Positions 15,227 to 24,570 of a DNA stretch of 27,743 nt are shown piece by piece; within the stretch, counting starts at the first letter, position 1, and each line of letters starts with the position of its first letter. The translations under genes and the position numbers were made by a program. The stretch comes from a virus. Lineage: Duplodnaviria; Caudoviricetes. The DNA lies in the IMG/VR virus record IMGVR_UViG_3300025528_000032, positions 1 to 27,743 of that record; one strand, 5' to 3'. The notes below the pieces were generated by a model. The model had not been told where the DNA came from and made no database searches. It saw nothing but the letters and a program-made list of their open reading frames with translations.

Positions 15227-16665
15227 GTGCCCTCGCCGTCACCGCCGTCGTAGTGGATGACAGCCGAGCTCAGTTTCTTCGGGCCGGGCCCCACGCCACG
15301 GAAGCGCAGGCTGAAGTGTGTCGACTGGCCGGTTGCAGGGATGCGCTCCCGATTGAGCGTCGTCTCCGTGACGACCGCAACCTTGTCAGTGGCGTCGAGG
15401 TCAGTCGGCTGCATGCCGATGCGCACCTCCCACGTGCCGGAGCAGACAACGTCAATCCCGGTCAGCGTCTTCAGCCTCGTCGGCTGGTCCGCGTCCAGAT
15501 ACGGGAACCACACTTCGGGCTCGGTTGCGTCGTAGACGAGCGTGTCGCCAAGGCCGCCATAGACGTAGATGTCGTCGCCTGACCGCAAGTAGACCTTGCG
15601 GCGGAACACAACCGCGTCCTCGATGTTGAAGCCTGGCGAGTATGTCGTCCATGCGCTGACCTTTGAGCCGGGGAAATACGAGAACACGAAGATCTCGTCC
15701 TTGACGATGAGCCAGAACCGGCCGTCGAGCGGTTCGATAAGGCCGATGACGCGCGCCCGCTCATTCTCGGTAAGTGTCCTTACCTTGGCCGTGACGAGGT
15801 TGTCGACGGCGACGCCCACGTCCGTCGTGGCGGCCGCGTTTGAGCTGTCGCGCGCCCGGAGCGACCGGACGCCGGACTCGTCAAGGTAGAACAAGTCTGC
15901 GTCGCCGAACTGCGTCACCGACAACGGCGCGATGGTGCCCGTGTTCTTGAGCGTCTGCGCCTTCTTGTTGTTCTCGGGGTTGACGTCCATCACCCACGTC
16001 ATGATCACCCGGTCGCCGAAAATGGCGAGGTAGTTTTGGTACTCGGCGATCGCCCGCAGCTTCTCGAGGCCGGAGACCTGCGACGCCATGTCGATCGCGC
16101 CGGCGCCGACCGCGCCCGTGTCAGGATCGCCGCCGCTGCCCTCGACGAACGGGTCGAAGTCCGTTGGGTTGCCGACGCCAGAGAACGCGACGACTGTGTC
16201 GTAGAGCGCGTAGACCTTCGTCTCGTAGGTCATCACGAAGTCGCCAGGCGTGCGGCCGGCCCCGTTGCCTGGCTTCCAGTCCTCGACGACGACCCCGTCA
16301 TAGAAGTGCATCCGCGTGCCGTCGTCGTATACCGCGACCGCGTAGATCTTGTTCGCGTACAGGTCGCACGAGGCGATGCGGGCCAGCGTCTTGCCTTCGT
16401 AGGCGAGCTGCTGGAAACCGATCTCGGGCGGAACGCCGGGGTCGGCCCCGTCGCCAAAGACGTAGAGCTTGTCCGCGCCGGCCGCGAGCCCCCGCGTGCC
16501 CGGCGGCAGGCTGTAGACCTTCACGAAGGCTGCGCGCTTCTCGAACTCGCCGCCTCTGTTGATGTGGCCGTCGCGCGCGAGGATGAGCGAGCCGCCCGGC
16601 GTGACCTCCGGCAACCGCCTGGTGTCGAGCCCGCCCGTCAGCTCCCGAATCCAGATCGTGCCCAC
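15223..16665 (-). CDS. Tail nozzle / tail hub protein (P22 gp10 / T7 gp12-like beta-propeller)
   Basis: Beta-rich. N-terminal GGLDTR....P......NRGGE..KR, plus FSG..NP..F, GT.AP.SV, L.YL...GVRSL and SAWT.Y. Follows the adaptor gene. GTG start. Confidence 0.75.
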   Translation of the reverse strand: MGTIWIRELTGGLDTRRLPEVTPGGSLILARDGHINRGGEFEKRAAFVKVYSLPPGTRGLAAGADKLYVFGDGADPGVPPEIGFQQLAYEGKTLARIASCDLYANKIYAVAVYDDGTRMHFYDGVVVEDWKPGNGAGRTPGDFVMTYETKVYALYDTVVAFSGVGNPTDFDPFVEGSGGDPDTGAVGAGAIDMASQVSGLEKLRAIAEYQNYLAIFGDRVIMTWVMDVNPENNKKAQTLKNTGTIAPLSVTQFGDADLFYLDESGVRSLRARDSSNAAATTDVGVAVDNLVTAKVRTLTENERARVIGLIEPLDGRFWLIVKDEIFVFSYFPGSKVSAWTTYSPGFNIEDAVVFRRKVYLRSGDDIYVYGGLGDTLVYDATEPEVWFPYLDADQPTRLKTLTGIDVVCSGTWEVRIGMQPTDLDATDKVAVVTETTLNRERIPATGQSTHFSLRFRGVGPGPKKLSSAVIHYDGGDGEGT

Positions 16666-16666
16666 G

Positions 16667-17380
16667 TCACGACCCCGCTGGCCTGTAATAGGGGACGATA
16701 TGCCGCCGCGGACTCCGCGCGGCGTTGACGCCGAATACGTTGATCGGCCCGCCCGGCATTAGCCCACCGCGGATGCGCGCGTAGTGCTTCTGCGCCAGTT
16801 GGAGGAGGAGCTGCGCCCGGTCCTTATTGGTGTCGAGCAGGTACTCGCCGGCCGCGTAGAGCACGATCAGCCGGTTGTCGAGGACCGCCCGGTCGTCGTC
16901 GTCGACGAGCGGCGGCAACCGCTTGATGCCCGTGACGCGCAGGTAGCCGTCGAGGGTCGACGGGTCCGGCTCGTTCTCGGGAATCGGCCACACCTCGATC
17001 TGCTCGTCCTCGTATAGGCGCCAGCGGCGAACCGGCCAGGAGCGCTCGTCAAGGTCGCTGTCGAACTCTGCGTACTGCGCCGCCCCGATGCCGTGGATGA
17101 GCGGAATCCACTCGCCGTCCGTCTTGAACTCGATGCGGACGATACGGCTAATGTCGAAGTCCTGATTGAAGTCGTAGAAGCGCTGCCCGGCGTCCGCCGG
17201 GTACATGCGCTGGATCTCGAGGTGCGGCCAGTAGAAGTCCTCATACAGCCACTGCTGCGTGCGCTGGAGGAGCCCAACCTGCGCGTCGCGCACCTGGTGG
17301 TTATTGGCCGGGTTTGTGGAAAGACGCGCTTCCCGACGGAAGTCGTCAAGCAGAGAGAGCAGCGTCTTTCCGCGCGCCAT
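16667..17380 (-). CDS. Head-tail adaptor / gatekeeper protein
   Basis: TL..L....R.E, Y....WP.L, GQR.Y and I.VWP.P motifs. Synteny between capsid and nozzle genes. Confidence 0.7.
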   Translation of the reverse strand: MARGKTLLSLLDDFRREARLSTNPANNHQVRDAQVGLLQRTQQWLYEDFYWPHLEIQRMYPADAGQRFYDFNQDFDISRIVRIEFKTDGEWIPLIHGIGAAQYAEFDSDLDERSWPVRRWRLYEDEQIEVWPIPENEPDPSTLDGYLRVTGIKRLPPLVDDDDRAVLDNRLIVLYAAGEYLLDTNKDRAQLLLQLAQKHYARIRGGLMPGGPINVFGVNAARSPRRHIVPYYRPAGS

Positions 17381-17391
17381 GGCCTACCTCG

Positions 17392-17859
17392 TCAAGCGTA
17401 GATGCTAGCCGGCTCGTTGCCGACCGGCGGCATGTCCTCAATCTCGTCGTCGATGGCGACATCACTCGGCTCGGGAGCGGGCGCGGCCTTCGACTTGCGA
17501 CCCTTGGGAGACGCCGACGGGGCAGGGGCCGTCATGCGTGCGATCGCCTTGTAGAAACTGTCGTCGAGCCCAAGCTCGCCGAGCTCCTGCGGCAGGTTGG
17601 CGCCGACGCCGGGGAACAGCTCAGCCACCGGCCCCTGGGGGTTCCCGCGCTCGTCGACGTAGCCGTAGATGCTGGTGAGACGCTGGTACTCCTCACGGCT
17701 CGTCCGGCTGACCGTCTCCGCGAGCGGCTCGATGTCGAAAACCGCGTCACTGCCGTGGATGTGGCGGAGAACTACGATCTCGGCCGGTGTAACGCGGTAC
17801 TTCGGGATGGTGTTGTCCTTGTCGCCTCCGAGGGCGAGCATGATGTTCGCGAGATGCAT
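17392..17859 (-). CDS. Hypothetical protein in structural operon (155 aa)
   Basis: GGAGAG SD upstream. Globular N-terminus (VTPAEI.VLR.IHG.DAV) with an acidic, Pro-rich tail. Confidence 0.75.
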   Translation of the reverse strand: MHLANIMLALGGDKDNTIPKYRVTPAEIVVLRHIHGSDAVFDIEPLAETVSRTSREEYQRLTSIYGYVDERGNPQGPVAELFPGVGANLPQELGELGLDDSFYKAIARMTAPAPSASPKGRKSKAAPAPEPSDVAIDDEIEDMPPVGNEPASIYA

Positions 17860-17878
17860 ATGGCTCTCCGGGTTGGAA

Positions 17879-17898
17879 GGCGCCGGCGTACCGGCGCC
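17879..17898 (-). terminator. GC-rich hairpin (8-bp stem, UACG loop), weak terminator or RNA stability element
   Basis: GGCGCCGG-TACG-CCGGCGCC on the minus strand just after the decoration gene. Only TT follows. Confidence 0.5.
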
Positions 17899-17906
17899 CG
17901 AGTGCG

Positions 17907-18443
17907 TCAGGTGATAAGGAGGCCGGAAGTGCGGAGCGCAGCGAGCAGCTCGTTGATCTTCGTCTGAAGCTCCGCGTTGATGTCGTTCTGCGCGGCGATC
18001 ATCGCGTTGACGTCGCCGATAACCGCGTTGAGCGCAGCGTCCGAATAGGTGTCGCTCGTGTCGACCGTGTCGACAGTCGGGAGCGCCTCAACCTCGCCGT
18101 CCGCCGTGCCGGTCGTGTCGCCATCGATGTTCGCGACCGGACCGACCTGCACGAACGTATCAACCGGCGAAGCGAACGCGAGCCCAATCACCACGGTCGC
18201 GCCCGCCGGCCACGTTTCGTTTGACGTGTTCGTGATCGTGATGTTCGACGAGCCGTAGGTGATCGAGATCTTGGAGTCGCTTTCGCGGTACTCGTTGTTG
18301 TTGTTCACCGACACGTAGCCGGCCGCCAGCGCGTTGTCGCCGGTAAAGTCAGCCTGCGCGGTGCCTGCGGGGTATGCAATCGTGAACGAGCCGCTATGCG
18401 CGACACTCGCCCCGAGCGCAGTCTGGACAACCTTGTATCCCAT
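17907..18443 (-). CDS. Capsid decoration / head fibre-like protein
   Basis: Follows the capsid gene with a strong SD (TAAGGAG). Ser/Thr/Asn-rich beta N-terminus and a C-terminal coiled coil ending INELLAALRTSGLL. Confidence 0.62.
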   Translation of the reverse strand: MGYKVVQTALGASVAHSGSFTIAYPAGTAQADFTGDNALAAGYVSVNNNNEYRESDSKISITYGSSNITITNTSNETWPAGATVVIGLAFASPVDTFVQVGPVANIDGDTTGTADGEVEALPTVDTVDTSDTYSDAALNAVIGDVNAMIAAQNDINAELQTKINELLAALRTSGLLIT

Positions 18444-18470
18444 CGTTGCATCTCCTTACGCAAAGGGGAG

Positions 18471-18492
18471 CGAGGCCGGCGAACCGGCCTCG
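18471..18492 (-). terminator. GC-rich hairpin (9-bp stem, UUCG loop) after the major capsid gene
   Basis: CGAGGCCGG-TTCG-CCGGCCTCG followed by CTCCCCTTT on the minus strand. Confidence 0.6.
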
Positions 18493-18498
18493 TCGCGC

Positions 18499-19581
18499 TT
18501 ACGCGATGTCGTACACAGCCGACGTGTTGAGCTGGCGGGCGACCAGAACCGCAGTGGTCGTGATGCCGTTGTACATCACGTAGCGGTCGAAGGGCCGCGC
18601 CGGGTGGTGGCGCTTCATGCGCTGGCCGTCCATGTACAGCAGGCGCACGCCGCGCTGGCCCATGTCGATGACGTAGCACCGCTTGGACAGCCCGAGGTCG
18701 TCGAGGGTCGGATCGTACTCGATCGGCATCCTCTTGAACTTCGGGTCGGACATGCCGCCGTCGACGTCGCCCATAAAGCCCGTCTGCGAGTAATAGCCGT
18801 TGGCCCGGAGCTCCTTCTGGTAGCCGTCGATGAAGTCCGAGCCCGCGAACCATTTCCAGCGAGACGAGCCCGAAGCGTACCGCTTCAGCTGGCGGACCTC
18901 CTTCTCGAGGAACTCGATGAGCGCGCCGCCATGGGCCGGGTTGACCGTAATCGGGCCCTGCCCGCCAGCGAGGGCATAAGCCGCGGTCGCGGCCCGGTTC
19001 CGCCACCAAGGGTTCGCCACGCGGGAAATGCCGCCCGTCGAGCCCACGGCGGGGTTATCGAGGATGAGCGACTGGATGCCCGCGAGGGCCTTGGTGTCGG
19101 ACGAACCGTCACCGTGGAGCAGCTCGTCGAGCGACTTGGCGTAGTCCTCGCCGAGCATCTCATTCTTCTCGTCGAGGCGGTTAGCGAGCGCCTGCATCTC
19201 ACGATCGGACATGGCCGACGTGGTCTGGCTGGCGCCGGACTCGTCGACGTCAATGCCGTCGATCTTCAGCTCGGTCATCGTGAGGACCGTGCCGATGTGA
19301 TGCTCCTTCCACGGGAAGGACGCGCGCTTGACGCCGACCGGGTTGTAGTAGGTAACCTGGTCGTCACCAGTGTAGCCGCGGAGACGGCCGCCGCCCTGGC
19401 CGGCGGAAACAGCGAAGGAAACCTTCTCCTTGCCGCCGGGGAACTTGCCGGCCAAAGCGTCGAATGCCTTCAGCAACGGCTTGTTCTGGACGTTCTGCTT
19501 GAAGACCGTGCCGCGGTTCAGGTAGGTCTCAAGCGTAGTGTTGTTAATCTCCGCGATGATTTCAGGAGGCAGACCCGGCAT
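18499..19581 (-). CDS. Major capsid protein (HK97 fold, by position and motifs)
   Basis: 360 aa after the scaffold gene. Y.G.D.V.Y, A.F.WK, L.GDG....KAL.G...LI and T.GGISR....WWRN motifs. Followed by a hairpin. Confidence 0.85.
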   Translation of the reverse strand: MPGLPPEIIAEINNTTLETYLNRGTVFKQNVQNKPLLKAFDALAGKFPGGKEKVSFAVSAGQGGGRLRGYTGDDQVTYYNPVGVKRASFPWKEHHIGTVLTMTELKIDGIDVDESGASQTTSAMSDREMQALANRLDEKNEMLGEDYAKSLDELLHGDGSSDTKALAGIQSLILDNPAVGSTGGISRVANPWWRNRAATAAYALAGGQGPITVNPAHGGALIEFLEKEVRQLKRYASGSSRWKWFAGSDFIDGYQKELRANGYYSQTGFMGDVDGGMSDPKFKRMPIEYDPTLDDLGLSKRCYVIDMGQRGVRLLYMDGQRMKRHHPARPFDRYVMYNGITTTAVLVARQLNTSAVYDIA

Positions 19582-19597
19582 CGTCGTACCTTAAACC

Positions 19598-20626
19598 TTA
19601 TTTCCCTGCATGCTTCGCCACGACGTTCCTGATGATGTCGACCGTCGATTGCGGAGCAGGCTGAGTGATTCCTGCGACAGTGCCGCCCGTGATCGGAGTT
19701 TTCGCAGTCTTCCGCTGTTCCACCGCGCCCGACGCAACGTATTCGTTGGCGAACTTGTATGCGTCTTCCAGGTACTGCCGGACTTCATCCGGGGTAACGG
19801 CCGGTTTCAACCGCTGAAACTCTGCGATCTTCGCGCGCACGAGCGGCAGCTTCTTGGCGAAATTGGGGTCTTTCAGCTGCCGATCCCGCTCCCACTGCGC
19901 CGCCGCGTTCTGAAGCGAAGCCGCCATTTCGGCCAACTGCTGCTCGGCACGACGCTGCTGCTCGAAACTCTGCCGCACCTGCGCCGACTGCTGCTGCGCC
20001 CGAAGACGGCTCATCTCGTAGGCTACATCACGGGGGATCTCCCCAGCCTGCACGCGCTGCGCCAAGTCTTCGGGAAGCACTTCGCCGGCGGCGGCGACGA
20101 GCTTCTCTACCCACGGGCGAATACGCTGCCATGCAGCGGCCGGATCGATCTTGGCTTGCGCCATGGCGATCAAGCCTTCCGCGACCTCCTCGTCCGACAG
20201 CCCGTTCGCGGACATAAACTCGCGAACCCGCCGATGGCCGATGGCGTCGCGCTTGACAGCATCGAAACCACCGAGCTCCTGGAGCTGCTCGTTGATCTGC
20301 CGCAGCTCCTTCTTGGCCTGCCGCAGCTCACGAGTGACTTCACGGAACCGTGGGTGCTGGTGGAACGGGACGTCCTTGTACTCGTCCTGTTCCTCCTGGG
20401 AGTCGGCATCGGCGGGCTTTTCGCCCTCCTCGCCAGCGGCTGACGAGGCCGCCTGATCGTCCCTTTCCTTCCCCTTCTCCACTACGTCGCGGATGACGGA
20501 GAGAGACGAGACGTCAGTTTCGTCGGTCGCGGGGGACGACTCCGCGGCGGCCGTCTCGACGGCCACGTCCGGGTTTTCTGTCCCGGTGGACGACTCCGGG
20601 GTCATTGCGTCCTCGTTCAGGCTCAT
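19598..20626 (-). CDS. Capsid scaffolding protein
   Basis: Acidic disordered N-terminus, VPF..HPRF.EV motif and coiled coils. Lies between portal and capsid genes. Confidence 0.78.
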   Translation of the reverse strand: MSLNEDAMTPESSTGTENPDVAVETAAAESSPATDETDVSSLSVIRDVVEKGKERDDQAASSAAGEEGEKPADADSQEEQDEYKDVPFHQHPRFREVTRELRQAKKELRQINEQLQELGGFDAVKRDAIGHRRVREFMSANGLSDEEVAEGLIAMAQAKIDPAAAWQRIRPWVEKLVAAAGEVLPEDLAQRVQAGEIPRDVAYEMSRLRAQQQSAQVRQSFEQQRRAEQQLAEMAASLQNAAAQWERDRQLKDPNFAKKLPLVRAKIAEFQRLKPAVTPDEVRQYLEDAYKFANEYVASGAVEQRKTAKTPITGGTVAGITQPAPQSTVDIIRNVVAKHAGK

Positions 20627-20650
20627 AAGGAGTCCTCACGTTTGGGTTGG

Positions 20651-20684
20651 AATGTATGACATTGCGCGACGTGTATCAAGCCAT
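20651..20684 (-). promoter_or_regulatory. Internal promoter for scaffold/capsid genes (TTGATA-17-TACATT)
   Basis: -35 at 20679-20674 and -10 at 20656-20651. Flanked by inverted TGTATGAC (20653-20660) and TTCATACA (20685-20692). Confidence 0.6.
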
Positions 20685-20698
20685 TTCATACAACCGGG

Positions 20699-22903
20699 TC
20701 AGACCTGGTTGCTGCCAAAGGCTGGGTCGCTGCCTGGCTGCTCCTCCGGTTTCGAGGCGTTTGACGCGCCCTCTCGGCCCTGTGCCGCCGGTTCGTCGTT
20801 CGGATTTTCAGCTGGCGTGACGGCCGGGTTTGCGCTCTGGCCCGCCAGCTGGTTCTGCGCGACAATCGACGGAATGCCCGCTGCGACCGCCTCGGTGAGG
20901 TCAAGCCGGTCATCAAGCCGCCGCAGTGCTTCCTTCGCCAGCCACATCGGGTTGATGCCCGGGATCTGCATCAGTATCGGGGCCAGCTGCTGGAAGTTGT
21001 TAATCTCCACGGCCTGGTTCGGCTTGCCGGTCGAACCGGCTTCGATCTCGAGATAGATCTCGTCCGCGATCTCAGCGAGCGTGGCCTCCGGCCACACGGC
21101 ACCGGGCCCGACCTTCTGCGTCACTATCTCCGGCGACATTTCGCGCAGCAACACCTGCCCGGAGGCCCGGGCGACCATCGTCAGGAAGGCGTCGAGGTCG
21201 TCGATCGACGCGCCGTCGGCCGCCGTGGCCGCCCCTTCCGCGATGGCGGCTTCGGTTGCCGTCGCCTTGGACACGCCGCCGAGCTGCGCCTCCTGCGCGC
21301 CGACGGTCAGCTGCATGTCGGTAAAGACCTCGCCCGTGTCGTAGAGGTTCGGGTCTACACCCGGAACAGGGAACGGCTGCAAGATGTCGCCGATCTTCGT
21401 CGTCGTGTCGAAGTCCAGCGCCACGGCCTGGAATGGCCGAACGCTGGTGAGCGCGGTCTCGTCCCGCTCGCTGAGCGCGCCGCGCGCGTAAGCCCACCGC
21501 GGGCGCGCCGCCTCGCGGTGCTCGCGCTTGCCCTGCCGCGACCTGTTGTATTCGCGCTGCTGGTCGAGCAAGAGCGACACGTCGGACGGCGGGAACAGCT
21601 CCGTCTCGGACTCAACGGCATTAAACGTGAGCGCGTAGATCGGCCAGAAGTCTTCGACGAAGACGTCCGGCGCGGCCGGCTCGCGCAGAAAATCCGGGTA
21701 GCCATCCGCCACCACGTAGACAAGGCCGCTTTCCTTGTCGTACTGCTTCCACACGCGAACGATGTCGTCACCGCGGCGCTGCGGCCGCAGGAAACCGTCA
21801 AAAAGGTCGCCCTGCTGGATGTCCTCTTCGTAACGCCCCGACGCGCTTTCGCTGCTCGTCCGGTACGGCACATAATGCTTGCCGAGGTCGACGCCGAACA
21901 CCTCGCGCACCTGGTCGACCGTGTAGTCGTACTCGATCGTGACGCGACGCGCGCCAACGAAACCGACAAGCTGCTTGCAGAGCCGGTCAGGGATGACCTT
22001 CGTCGACGGCGGGAAGTCAAAGATGAGGCCCTCGCGCAGGACGATCTCAGGTTCGTTCATGAGCGAATTGATCGACGCCTCGAGCTCGGCAATTTCCGCG
22101 TCCACAGGCTCGATCTCGCCCAACGCCGCCTTCTCGGCCAACGCGCGCAGATGGTCGAGCCGGGCGCGGAAGTCAGCCAGCCGCTCCTGCATCTCCGGGC
22201 GCGGCCCCATCTCGCGCTGGAAACCGATCTCGACGTAACCGACGCCCGTCGTGAGCGCACGCCGGACGAGCTGCTTCATCGCCGTCTTGAAGTCGAGCGG
22301 CTTCTGTTCGCGCATCGCCTTGGCGAACAGCACTTCCAGCGTCTTGCCGATGCGCGTCATCAGCTGGCGACGCGCCATGCCCTGCTGGAAGTCGGCCACG
22401 ATTGCCTGCGCCTGCTCGAAGCCGGGCGGCAGCTGCGGCTCCACGGGGACCACCTCGCCCGTGACAGGGTCTTGCTCGAACGTCGGCGTCTGCATTGCCT
22501 GCTGCGCCGCCATCACCGTTTGCATGGCGAGCTGGAGGGATGCCGGGTCTTCATCCCACACGGCAAAGTCGAGCTGCTCAGGCCGCTTGGCGACGACCCG
22601 CGGGTTCTTTGCGTAAAGCGCGGCGACCTTGGCGCGGATATGGCGGCCGACGATGTTTGCGCGGTATTTGTCCTCGCCCCATGTCTCTTCCGCGCCCCAC
22701 ATGGCGACATGCATGTCGCGCCGCATACGGTCGAATGCCTTCCGGTGATGCGCCTTGTCGCCCTTGATGTCCTGGATGACGCGCGCCACCAACCGCCGAC
22801 GTGCCTCCGGCGCCTCGGACGGCGTCGCCTCACCGGGCACGTCGACAGACTCCGTGTTGCTGTCGAGCTCGGCGGACCCTGCCATGTCTTCCATCTCGTC
22901 CAT
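20699..22903 (-). CDS. Portal protein (podovirus type)
   Basis: 734 aa, TGATG-coupled to terL. N.......VAALYAKNP, ALTTGVGY, Q.EYN.SR, ATATEA.I and Y.EIEAGST.KPN motifs. Confidence 0.85.
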   Translation of the reverse strand: MDEMEDMAGSAELDSNTESVDVPGEATPSEAPEARRRLVARVIQDIKGDKAHHRKAFDRMRRDMHVAMWGAEETWGEDKYRANIVGRHIRAKVAALYAKNPRVVAKRPEQLDFAVWDEDPASLQLAMQTVMAAQQAMQTPTFEQDPVTGEVVPVEPQLPPGFEQAQAIVADFQQGMARRQLMTRIGKTLEVLFAKAMREQKPLDFKTAMKQLVRRALTTGVGYVEIGFQREMGPRPEMQERLADFRARLDHLRALAEKAALGEIEPVDAEIAELEASINSLMNEPEIVLREGLIFDFPPSTKVIPDRLCKQLVGFVGARRVTIEYDYTVDQVREVFGVDLGKHYVPYRTSSESASGRYEEDIQQGDLFDGFLRPQRRGDDIVRVWKQYDKESGLVYVVADGYPDFLREPAAPDVFVEDFWPIYALTFNAVESETELFPPSDVSLLLDQQREYNRSRQGKREHREAARPRWAYARGALSERDETALTSVRPFQAVALDFDTTTKIGDILQPFPVPGVDPNLYDTGEVFTDMQLTVGAQEAQLGGVSKATATEAAIAEGAATAADGASIDDLDAFLTMVARASGQVLLREMSPEIVTQKVGPGAVWPEATLAEIADEIYLEIEAGSTGKPNQAVEINNFQQLAPILMQIPGINPMWLAKEALRRLDDRLDLTEAVAAGIPSIVAQNQLAGQSANPAVTPAENPNDEPAAQGREGASNASKPEEQPGSDPAFGSNQV

Positions 22904-24570
22904 CAGAATCCTCCTTGCGCGACGGCAAGCTCTCTCTCACGCATCAAACGGTCGTAGGCTTTTAGGTAGGCAAACGTGCCTTCCTTCGGCCGGTTGTCGG
23001 CGCTGTCGCGGCTGCGCCTCGGGCCGAACTGACTGCGGAGGCCGAGGCCGATGTAGGCGAGGGCGTCAACAAAGTCGTCGTGGTTGCCGTTCGGGAAAGC
23101 GAGAAGCTCGTTGATCGCCCGCTCGGTCCACACGGCGTCACGCGGGAAGAACACCTTGCCCATAGCGACGCGCGCGGCTATGGCCTGCGCGCGCTGCTGC
23201 TTGTCAGAGGCCGGCGTAACCTCGACGAGATTAATGTACCGCTGCGTCTCAAGCATGCGCTTGCGCAAAAACGGCCCGATCGACTTCGAGATGTGCCCGC
23301 GCTCGGCCCACCACAGGATCGGCCGCTTGCTGCCGGACCCCATTTCCAGCATCGCCTCGACGGCTTCATCCGTCGGCATCCGCTTCCAGATGCAGTCGAC
23401 GATGTAGATATTGTCGTCAGCGTCGACCCCGACCTTCAGCAGCACAGACGGGTCGTTTCGCTCCTTCGTGCCGACGGCGTGGTCGGACGCGCAGTAGTAG
23501 CGCAGATCCTCCGGCAAATCCTCGCGCCGGTAATAGCGGATGTTCTCCCGCCGAAAGAGCGTGCCGTCGGCCACCGTGGGCCGCTGCTGGTACAGGGCCG
23601 CGAAGCCCAGAGGGTCGAGTCGCTGCTGGCTGAGCAGGAAGTCGATATCGTACTGCTCCGGCCACAGGGGTTCGCCGGGCGCGCGGCCAAGCGGGTCGTC
23701 ATCCTCGGCTAGCGCAGGCAGGCGAATGATCTTCCACGTCTTCGCCTCCTCGGCGTTGTAGTATGGGTTCTCGGGATCGGTGAGCCGGCCGATAATGTCG
23801 TCGGAGTGCCAGCGCGTCATCGTGATCATGACGAGCTTGCGCCCCATGAGGCGGGACATGGCGACCTTCGTGAACCAGTGCCACGCCTGGTCTCGGATGG
23901 CCTGTGATCGCGCCTCCTCGTGGTCCTTGTAGATGTCGTCGATCAGCAGAAGATTGGCGCCGCGGCCTGTCAGCGGACCCCCGCGGCCGACGAAGATGGC
24001 GCGGCCGCCCGCCGTCGTCTCCAGGTTGTCCTTGGCGTTGCCGCCGCGACGCAGCTGGAACTGCGGGAACACCTGCCGGAACTGCGGCGAATTGATGATG
24101 GCGCGCGTGTCGCCGCCGAACTCCTGCGCCAGCGTGTCCGAATACGCGGCCACCGCCACGTTGTGCGTCGGGTTGGCGCCGAGGTACTTCGCCGCCAGGC
24201 GCTTCGTCGCGAGCTCCGTCTTGCCGTGTCGCGGCGGCATGCAGAAGATCAGCCGAGTGCACACTCTGCCGTCATCAAAGCGCAACTTGCCGGCGATAAA
24301 GCGGTCGATGTCCTTCGCGATCAGCCTGTGAAAGTGCGCCGCCTTGTAGCGCGACTTATTGACGTCGTTCGGGTCTTCCGGGTCCGGCATCGTGAACTGC
24401 GTGAACACGAGCAGGTCGTCGCGCGCCCGCAGCGCCATCTCCTGGCGCTCGAGCAGCTGGATCGACCGCTTCAGATCGCGCTCGCGCTCGGCCTCCGCTT
24501 TCTTGGCGGCCTGCTCGGCCTCCCAGGCGCGGCGCTTGCCGGTCTTCGGGTTGATCCTGTTGTCCGCCAT
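22903..24570 (-). CDS. terL: Terminase large subunit
   Basis: Walker A MPPRHGKT, G.LTGRGA, Walker B LLIDD, TMTRWH.DD, ALYQQ.P, nuclease acidic residues ASDHA and HDDFVDA. Start at MADNR (24570) overlaps the o-spanin stop. Confidence 0.96.
   Translation of the reverse strand: MADNRINPKTGKRRAWEAEQAAKKAEAERERDLKRSIQLLERQEMALRARDDLLVFTQFTMPDPEDPNDVNKSRYKAAHFHRLIAKDIDRFIAGKLRFDDGRVCTRLIFCMPPRHGKTELATKRLAAKYLGANPTHNVAVAAYSDTLAQEFGGDTRAIINSPQFRQVFPQFQLRRGGNAKDNLETTAGGRAIFVGRGGPLTGRGANLLLIDDIYKDHEEARSQAIRDQAWHWFTKVAMSRLMGRKLVMITMTRWHSDDIIGRLTDPENPYYNAEEAKTWKIIRLPALAEDDDPLGRAPGEPLWPEQYDIDFLLSQQRLDPLGFAALYQQRPTVADGTLFRRENIRYYRREDLPEDLRYYCASDHAVGTKERNDPSVLLKVGVDADDNIYIVDCIWKRMPTDEAVEAMLEMGSGSKRPILWWAERGHISKSIGPFLRKRMLETQRYINLVEVTPASDKQQRAQAIAARVAMGKVFFPRDAVWTERAINELLAFPNGNHDDFVDALAYIGLGLRSQFGPRRSRDSADNRPKEGTFAYLKAYDRLMRERELAVAQGGF

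Noticed and set aside
12125-22957. Long plus-strand ORFs 12125-13696, 18334-19632 and 21518-22957
   Set aside because: They mirror the ejection, capsid and portal genes on the opposite strand and have the Arg/Val/Leu-rich composition typical of shadow frames.
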